DNA of 63,391 nucleotides, filler included, from Aduncisulcus paluster (lineage: Eukaryota): the NCBI GenBank assembly GCA_024181965.1. It is 6 parts of 6 records of this genome, joined end to end, with 100 filler letters (N's around TTAATTAATTAA, not from the genome) between each part and the next. Parts side by side here need not be neighbours in the genome. Positions count along the whole stretch, not along the records: positions 50,160 to 58,551 come from BQXS01012535.1; positions 58,652 to 60,624 come from BQXS01012544.1; positions 60,725 to 63,391 come from BQXS01012549.1; 3 more parts are not named here. One strand, written 5' to 3'. Every line of letters starts with the position of its first letter. Positions within the stretch are counted from its first letter, which is position 1. This document shows, piece after piece, positions 55,488 through 63,391 of this stretch. The position numbers and the translations under genes were made by a program. Under the pieces are notes generated by a model. The model had not been told where the DNA came from. It searched no databases and worked only from the letters and a program-made list of their open reading frames with translations.

Positions 55488-55759
55488 TGTGATAATGGAA
55501 TAATAATAATAAAAAAATTGTATGAGATAGTGACTAACTGTATTTCCAGTTAATATTAACTGTGGAAGACTCGAGTAAAGTAATGATGTTAGCAAGTTTA
55601 TTGTTTGTGGGGAAGCACGGATATTCGCCCTGCGGTAAACCCCTGATTGGCGATTTAGAAATAGAATAAAATAGCGTAATTAAACTAAAGATTTTAAAAT
55701 AGAAATGGAAAACTAATCTTTTTCCCATTTCTTAGGGTATATTCTGATATCCCTACACA
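55488..55759 (-). repeat. Putative 5' LTR (~272 bp)
   Basis: TGTG...CACA termini directly upstream of gag; contains AATAAA. The second LTR is not in the window. Confidence 0.55.
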
Positions 55760-55801
55760 TCTGCCAAAGATAATACAATGAGGCACGGTCTGAGCTTAGT
55801 T

Positions 55802-56270
55802 TCATCTGCTTCGCCAGACTTTCCGCAACTCACGAATCTCAGCCCCAGTATCCAATAATACCTCAATTTTCTTTCCTTTTATCTTTGCTGTTTCTTTAAA
55901 ACCTGTTGAATATTTAGTAGCGTTTACTATTGCAGATATCTTTCGACATTCTGATGTCCAATGTCCTTTTGTCTTACAAATCTTACAATAGCTGTGCTTC
56001 CTTATCACCATGGCGATGCTGACTCTCAGAGGTTTCTTCAGAAGTTCCTCTTAGAGTGTTTCCCTTTGCGATCTCTGGATCTACGTGGCTTGCTTTTTTC
56101 GACCTTTCAATCTGAGCTTTCTCAAGCAATTCTTGAGTATGATTTTTTATGAACTCACGGTACTTCCGAGCCAAAATTCTCTTTTCAGTCACCGTGAATA
56201 CCATTCCTTCTGTTAGTTCGATCTCAAATTCAGGGAAGTCTCCCACGATACCTGGCGGTCTAGTCGCCAC
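55802..56270 (-). pseudogene. Scrambled retrotransposon fragments (CCHC knuckle, protease, pre-RT region)
   Basis: CKICKTKGHWTSEC, VLLDTGA, EFEIEL..ELLE. Confidence 0.75.
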
Positions 56271-56359
56271 TGATTCTTGATATTAAGTGACCACCATTGT
56301 AATTCCTTCTGCAATGTAGTTCTTCTTAAATTCCCTTTAATAAATAATAATACTTTTCC

Positions 56360-56616
56360 TGTGGGCCAATTTATTTTGTAATAATCATAATCTAATTATA
56401 GATCCTGCTTCTCAATGATCTAATTATAGATCTTCACTTTAATAAATTTGCTCACTATAAAAGTCAACAAGACATTACATATTTATAATATTCAACCACT
56501 GACAAGTCATGATGACATGTCACATAAACAACAGTTAGCTCATAAGCATATAAAATTACATAAATACCGATAAATAATTATCAAACACCACCCTGGTGGT
56601 ATATGAGACTACCACA
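56360..56616 (-). repeat. 3' LTR of a chromovirus (257 bp) preceded by a polypurine tract
   Basis: PPT AAAGGAAAGGTAGGG (56618-56632), then TGTGG...CCACA perfect inverted termini. Confidence 0.8.
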
Positions 56617-56630
56617 ACCCTACCTTTCCT

Positions 56631-57510
56631 TTAAACAGAAGGTTCTCTTTCGAGATCGTCATCTTCATCTCGTAAGTCTGGGTATAGCTCTAATAACTCC
56701 GGGGCTATCTTCAGATAATCAGTTAAATACACACCAGCTCTGTGATCATTAACATCCTCCCAGGTATCATCTTCCTCTTGGTATCCTTTCCATCTGATTC
56801 TTAAGACGAATTTTCCATCTCTCGTGTCATGATCAACAATCTTTTCCACTTGGAAGAATTCTTCTTCCTTTGCTGCTACTTCTTCAGGTTCGTGTTCTTC
56901 ATCATCCTGGTATGGACGCATTTGTTTCACGTGCACATCCTCAGTCATTCCAGTCTTTAGATCTTCCACTCGGAACACGACCGGACTCCTTCTCTCTACA
57001 ACTCTTACGGGTTTGATATAGAGGAGCTAATTTGTGGGGCCTTGATCCTTTTCTTTCCAACAAGACTAATGATCCTTTCTCAAAGTCAAAACTTTCGACT
57101 TCCTCATCTCCCACTTTCTTCAAAAGTTCGCCTCCTTGATTTGTTCCTGCTATCTCCTGAATTTCATCCAGCTTCTCAATCAACTGTGTGACATATTTCT
57201 TTGCCTCCACTGGCAAATGATGTTCTGCTCTCTCCCCAAGTCTAATCTCCGGGATTCTTTTACCAGGCAATCTACCGAACATCAATTCATACGGGGCTAC
57301 ACCCAACACTCGATGTTTCCTTTGGTTCAATTGGAAAGCCACTAAAGGTAAAAATAGACTCCAATTGTCTGCCTTCTTCCTCTCAAAAACAATTGCTCTC
57401 AACGCCTGAGTAACTTCAGCGGTGGACCTCTCCACAATACCCTTCCCTTCTGGGTGGTATGGGACAATTCGATGATGACGGACACCCAACAAGGCCAATG
57501 TCTCTGACTG
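56631..57510 (-). mobile_element. Chromovirus integrase C-terminus plus chromodomain (frameshifted)
   Basis: PYHPEGKGIVER, W..FLP.V.F.LN...H..LG..PYELMFGR, KLAPLY, then FQVEKIVDH..IRWKGY.EEDDTWE. Confidence 0.9.
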
Positions 57511-57682
57511 TATGATTAACAAATTCGGTTGCATTATCTGACCGAATCATCATTTTAATTTATACCTTTATAGATTCTATTAGATCTATTATCCTTCTAA
57601 TATAGAATCTTATTAATCTTATCCTAAAACTTTTTGATTAGTACGAAATTTCACTTTCTATATTTTTTGCTATAAAATCATT

Positions 57683-58235
57683 CTACTGTGAAAACTTCCG
57701 AAATCTAATAAATTCAGCACTCCCTACAACGATCAGATTCCGATTTGTATGTTTGCATACTTTCTCATTCTCTTTCAAAAGACTCTCCCATCTTATTGGC
57801 ATGTATTTGATTGATTCAATTTTTGTTCCTTTTATCCACGCCCTGTTTTCTGGATTCAGTTGAAATATTTTGCTTAAGTTATCTAAAATATCAGGTATGG
57901 ACTCAAAGTAATACTCTGTATAGTTTTTATGATTGAATTCAGTAAATGTGAGGGACAAGGCATCCATTTTCGACCAAAGCCATCTTTTATCAAATTCGAA
58001 CATACAACTTCCATCAATGGTTTTCTATCAGAAACAATAACACCAATATCTGTTTTTTCTAACTTTAATATTTCAAATTCTTTAATGAGAGCTTTTGTAA
58101 TTGTGTCGGATGCAAGAGGTAAAATTGCATGGATCTGTTTCTCTGAACATGCCAATGTGTGTTCTAAGTTAGAAACAATAAAGGAAAAGCTAAAATCGTG
58201 AAAAGTTGAAGTTCTTTTTTTTGTAATCTCGTATC
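57683..58235 (-). pseudogene. hAT-like transposase fragment
   Basis: VIVSD (second catalytic Asp), CPSHLLN (CxxH) and P.RW.S motif, in shifted frames. Confidence 0.65.
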
Positions 58236-58549
58236 TACCATGAGACATACATCCTTCTGTTGCTATTCTTCCACTTCACAGGTTTTTTCTCTTTAATCAA
58301 ATCGGATATTGGTGTTGATAACACAGAAAAATGTGGAATAAACTCTCTGAGGAAATTCATTTTTCCCATGAAGCTCTGAACTTCTTTCAACGTTTGAGGT
58401 CTTTTAACCTTCTTGAGATTATCCAATTTTTCAGGAGATATCCTTCGACCCTGCTCATCCACTAGAAATCCCAGATATTTCACCTGTTTTACCCCAAAAT
58501 TACATTTCTTGTAATTCAATGCTAGGTTGTAGTTTCCAAACCTGTCCAA
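58235..58549 (-). mobile_element. Ty3/gypsy RT fragment
   Basis: LNYKKC.F...VKYLGF..VQSFMG..NFLREFIPHFS. Confidence 0.9.
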
Positions 58550-58551
58550 TA

Positions 58552-58651
58552 NNNNNNNNNNNNNNNNNNNNNNNNNNNNNNNNNNNNNNNNNNNNTTAAT
58601 TAATTAANNNNNNNNNNNNNNNNNNNNNNNNNNNNNNNNNNNNNNNNNNNN
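58552..58651. other. Artificial contig linker
   Basis: N44-TTAATTAATTAA-N44. Confidence 0.97.
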
Positions 58652-59819
58652 ATTTTTTGAAATCTACTCCCGGAGTAGACCTCGAAAACGGTATCCATTT
58701 CCCTTAAATCGCAGGTCGGTGTTTTCAGTTCGCACAAGGGGGAACGGATCTATGCCAGCCGATGGTTTCTCATTGATTTAAGCATAATAAACTTTATTAA
58801 CGGTCTTTTTAGCGAAATCTGAAAACCTATTTTTTCCTTTTAAAATGCATAATCCGGGAGATACAGTGATTATCTTTTAAATGGATAATATGAAATTTTT
58901 TGAGCTTATATTCTGCAGTAAAATCCTTTTTTAATGTTTATTCTTTTTTTAAAATTTTAATATCTTCATGTTAATCATATGATCTTGGAAAATAATGATC
59001 ATCACAAAATGGTCAGGATTGGGTCAGAATAAAACAGCATAAATCCGGAAAAGACCGATATATATCCCATTAAAATCCATGGGAGATGCTGATACTTAAA
59101 TTAAGAAATATTTTTTTTTTATTTTACCCGATATATAAGAATTTTTCAAATGTCATCAAGGTCAGATATTAAAATGCATTTATTAAAAAAAAAACAATAA
59201 AAACCTTTATAAAACCCAATATAAATAATAAAAACGCTATAATAAAAAATTTTATTATAAGAACCAAGGAGAAATCAGTCTTTTTCAAATTTCACCAATG
59301 TCAGGGAAAAGGATTAGCAGAAGAAGAATAAGTAATAAATTTAAGTATATTAGAAATATTTATTAATAATATGTTTTATAATATCCGTCTGACTTCTTAA
59401 TTCCAGATCTTATTTCTGATCTCTTAACATGAGCATATTATCAATAATTCATGCACAAAAATAAATTATTAACTATTTATTATACCTTTAATCTTAATTT
59501 ACATTCTAATATTTCCCACATTAACCTTTCGGTGTGAATCTCACAATTGCGGGCTTTAGTTTTGGGCACATGATAATATGAAAAAGCAGTTCCCCTGGGT
59601 CTGATCAACCCGGGGGAGCGTAAGACTTATGTTTTATTGTATCATTCTTGTTTTCTGCCCCCTCGCTGCTTCCCCCCTTGTTGTCCCCCCTTAACTCTCT
59701 CATATCCCAAAAAAGGGGGGGGACTCCAACGATTTTTATTTTTTTCTTTGTTTTGTTTTTATTTTTATTAATTTAAGTCAAAATAATAGTAAAAAACCCA
59801 AGGAGCTTCTGAAGTACTA

Positions 59820-60010
59820 ATATTGACCATTCCTGACCAATTATGGTCAGTCAGAGATGACCAAACTCATGGAGCCATATCATTGACCATATTATGGTCT
59901 TGCTTAAAAGACCAATAAAATGATCATAAGATCCTGACCAATATTGTGTCCAGATTTATTGACCAGGAAAAATGGCAAATGGTCAAAATCGACCATTTCC
60001 TGACCAAAAC
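59820..60010. repeat. Cluster of ~12 (T)GACCA/TGGTC motifs in both orientations
   Basis: Direct count in the sequence; resembles DNA-transposon subterminal repeats. Confidence 0.7.
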
Positions 60011-60012
60011 GC

Positions 60013-60613
60013 GCCACCATGTATTGACACCCAATGAACTACAAATAGATGGCAAAACGTAACTTATTTCATAAAAGTGATGTGCAGTAAAGGATGTACT
60101 GTGAATTAGGGAAAGATTTTTCCCACATTTATATTCTTGGAGCTTTTTCATGATTTCTAAGTGGTGAGAGGCAAACTCTTTTACATATAATGGCAAAACA
60201 ATCTTCAACATCGTCCGTCCTTCCATATGCAGAATATCAGCTGGAAGTGATTCGGTAGGAAATGGGTTGTGAACGTCCCGAAAGGGATATCTGCCACTAA
60301 AATCGGTCATGTGATCTCGATCAATCTCACATACACTACACTTTTTGAAGCATAGGCCACTTGGTTTTGGTATACCAAGGATTTCATGGCGTTCGGGAGA
60401 ATCACTTTTGTGATTGAAGTGAAACACGTGGTATCGTCTCCCATCAACTTCCATCCCATCGGCCCTTCCAATTGAATCATTGATCACTTGACAAATCCAT
60501 CCAACCTTATCTTCCAACGAACCACCGGGTCGAAGAGCTAGTATGAACCGACTTGAAAGGGATGCCCTGAAAGAAGGTGAAAAATTCATAAGAGTAAAAC
60601 TCAAATTACTCAT
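60013..60613 (-). mobile_element. CMC-superfamily-like (EnSpm/Mirage/Plavaka-type) transposase fragment
   Basis: SDSPERH..LG..CSVC..PADILH: catalytic D, CxxC and DxxH motifs. Confidence 0.55.
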
Positions 60614-60624
60614 TGGATTGTAAG

Positions 60625-60724
60625 NNNNNNNNNNNNNNNNNNNNNNNNNNNNNNNNNNNNNNNNNNNNTTAATTAATTAANNNNNNNNNNNNNNNNNNNN
60701 NNNNNNNNNNNNNNNNNNNNNNNN
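60625..60724. other. Artificial contig linker
   Basis: N44-TTAATTAATTAA-N44. Confidence 0.97.
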
Positions 60725-62439
60725 CGACCGAATCGTTGACGACACCAAAATTTGGTTTCAAACAATTGTCTAAAAATATCCCAAACTGTGAATTCCTTTC
60801 TGAGACGTTCTTTTAAAACCTCAGTATTAGGAGTACGCAGTTGTGGGAGATTTAGACGATTAAGTGAAAGTGTAAGCACCTTCTTCCTGTTTCCTGCATG
60901 ACGTTTGTTTCTCTTGTTCTTACCGACTCGAACCCCTTTTGGTATTATACCGAATTCAGTCATTTCTTTGCTAGCTGGGCCGTCTTTCAACTAAGAAACC
61001 TCTGGATCACTTGATATGGGACTATACTATCTTCCAATGATGAGCCAGCCTTGTTCACTTTCATCCTCTTTTGTTTCATCCTTCTTCTTTCGTAGTGTTC
61101 TTTTTCTTTCGAGTCCATTCATTTCCTCCGTGTGCATCTGAATCTTCTCGACTTCACTTATGCCTGAAATGAGAACAATCAATTCACTCACACAATTTGC
61201 CCTTGCTAGCTCTTCTTGACAACGGTGGGAGTGGTTCTCAATCGATTCTTTCAATCTCTGAAACCGAGCGGAAAGTCTTGAAATAGAAATGTATGGCAAA
61301 AAAAGATCTGTTTCGCATTAAAAATGAAAGAATATCAGAAGCACTCATTTGCATTCGATACTCACAAGGAATCTTATGCACATCGCATATCTTACTGACA
61401 TGTTTCTTGGCGCTTGAGAGCTGAGAGAAGAAAGTTTAAAAATTCACACATGTAGCCACCAAGTCTGAGCACTTCGATATGCATTATGTCATGAGGGAGA
61501 TGATAAAGTGGATTAAACCAGAGATCCTGGAGTCTTTTGGAGCAGTCGGCACAGAATCGGCAATGTCATTTTTGTCAATTTCGATAGGTTCAGAATCGGA
61601 CTTTTTCTCGGAACTTTTAGGAGTAGAAGCTTTTTACAGTACTTTTTACCCTTTTTAGTGATTACAATTACCTTTTCTGGATCATCTTTCGGTGGAGAAA
61701 CGGCTTTGGCGCTTTTTGAAATTTTGGTTCCCTTGGGGCTCATAATAATTCATACAATTTATTAATAGAGATCTGACCAACCACAGGCCTTGGCCATTGA
61801 AGCTGCCCAGGAGTCGAAGCAGCGCGAGAATTTAGAAAATGTAAGCCCAAAAGCTTCTATATTGGGAGTTACAAATTTTTCTACTGTTGGAAGTTGAAAT
61901 AGATTGCTACAGCAACTGCTGCTGGAGCGCCTCTTCCCAAAATCACTAAAAAGGTGATTATAAATTCTTTCATCGATATTTTTCCGATAAAGTTATCTCT
62001 TAAAGAGAATATCGATCATTAATAACCAGAATTATGGCTGAATAATACTGATTACATCCTCGAGGCCCTGTTTCGCCATGAAGGCTATAAAACTTGTAGC
62101 AAGTTGATTGGCTAGGTCAGGCTTGATAAGTATTCTCACTAACACTCAGGAGTATCGTGATACAATTTATTTATAGAAATCTGACAGCAGGATGAATACC
62201 CCTTGGTCGAGCCGTATAAAAGAGGAATGGGTGCAGATATGGGCTATTCCACGAATTTATCAAGCATTTCGGTGCAATAGTTAAAAAAATCATGTGGTAT
62301 TTTTGTGCGTCATGGTCAAGATTCCCAAAGCATCAGATTTGTCACACTGTTAAACAACGAAAAAATGATATCCTTCCCACGATGAGCATGTACTGTTGTT
62401 GATTCTTGGAAGATCAAACTGCTCCGGTTATCCATTCGC

Positions 62440-63330
62440 TTGTATCTACCCATCTATCCTCGCAAGGACCATTCCTGAACAAAAAGCACAATTATGGGGG
62501 AAAGAATGCTTTAACTGTGCTAGAGAGCATTTTTGGGGAGTATCAGCAGATACACAAGAAAGAACTCCATCAAAATGGATAATATAACCGGAATAACTGA
62601 ACATATGACCCTTCTTCAAAGCCTGAAAGTCTCTTTTGATAAAAGGAACTAAAGAGAGGCCTTTTTTTTGTCTGAAGAAGGGCACAGTCCATAAGACATA
62701 ATCGAATCCAACCCATTTTCTCGTTTATCTTTGAGATAAATCCCGCAGATATCGGAGATCGAGGATGATTGGTCTCGAACATACAGAAAGCTATCAAAAT
62801 ACAAAATAAGATTAAAGGATAACTTCTTAATTGAAGGGCATATAGAAATCCCTTTTTTATCTGCAACAGGACAGAGGCCATATGCCATGATTGATGATAA
62901 TCTTCTGTTATCTCCTGAAACGTCCTGGAGATACACACCGCAAATATCACTTAGAGAAGAAGACTGGTCTCTAACGTTCTGGAAACCATCAACGTAGAGA
63001 ACCAGCTTAAAAGAAAGAGAAGCACGTGAAAAAAAAAGGGAGAATAACAAAAAGAAGAAATAGGGAGAGCAAAAAGATTAAAAGACTGGAGTTTCTTAAA
63101 TTATGAAGGACGTAGCCTTCAATAACATTTGTCATGAGGGTCATAGCCCCGACCTCGAGTGAAGCAGATCTCATGGTTCTAACAATGGTACAAGACCGAA
63201 GTCTTTTATCAAACTTGGCGTACCCAGAGTCAGATGCCCACATATCATCATTCTTTTCGAAAACGTCCCTCACAATCTCCAAGTCTCCATTACTGACACC
63301 TCTCCTTCGTACAGAGGCTCTCTTCTTCAC
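62440..63330 (-). pseudogene. Degenerate CMC-like transposase with internal duplication
   Basis: LVLYVDGF..ICGVYL, CVSADTPQK and CAFC spread over several frames. Confidence 0.55.
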
Positions 63331-63391
63331 TGGTAGTGCAGTTGTCGACCAAACTTCGGATAGGTGATGTCGATCTGTTACAAAACACGTG

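Noticed and set aside
12792..60724. Five identical TTAATTAATTAA motifs inside N runs
   Set aside because: Artificial contig linkers; gene neighbourhood across them is mostly not meaningful.
60725..61743. Short minus-strand ORFs (105, 90 and 76 aa)
   Set aside because: Possibly exons or remnants of a TE accessory gene, but I could not build a coherent model or find a motif.

Overview
Eukaryotic, AT-rich, gene-dense protist DNA. It consists of six contig pieces joined by artificial 100-nt N-TTAATTAATTAA-N linkers, with eight 20-N scaffold gaps whose flanks are often duplicated. Short GTATGT..AG introns, a lineage-expanded ~150-aa domain family and LRR-EGF-TM surface proteins suggest a free-living fornicate/metamonad such as Aduncisulcus paluster (inference, not verified). 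The first ~48 kb carry housekeeping and family genes: histone H2B, a BTB protein, DHHC palmitoyltransferase, NAT10/Kre33, Rpt6, a VDAC-like porin, a 2xRRM protein, actin, ITPase, a degenerate ARF-like GTPase, two LRR-EGF receptors, a large kinase and a bacterial-type HD protein. Several gene models needed introns that the ORF track misses. From ~49 kb on, the window is a mosaic of Ty3/gypsy (including chromovirus) and DNA-transposon fragments. The most notable observations are: an unannotated ~350-nt pseudoknotted RNA candidate (25077-25430, minus); a ~270-nt tRNA-headed Pol III-type RNA (48428-48696, minus) just upstream of the HD gene; an intron-split VDAC-like porin; and a gypsy element whose Zn knuckle lies in the -1 (pol) frame behind a candidate slippery site.
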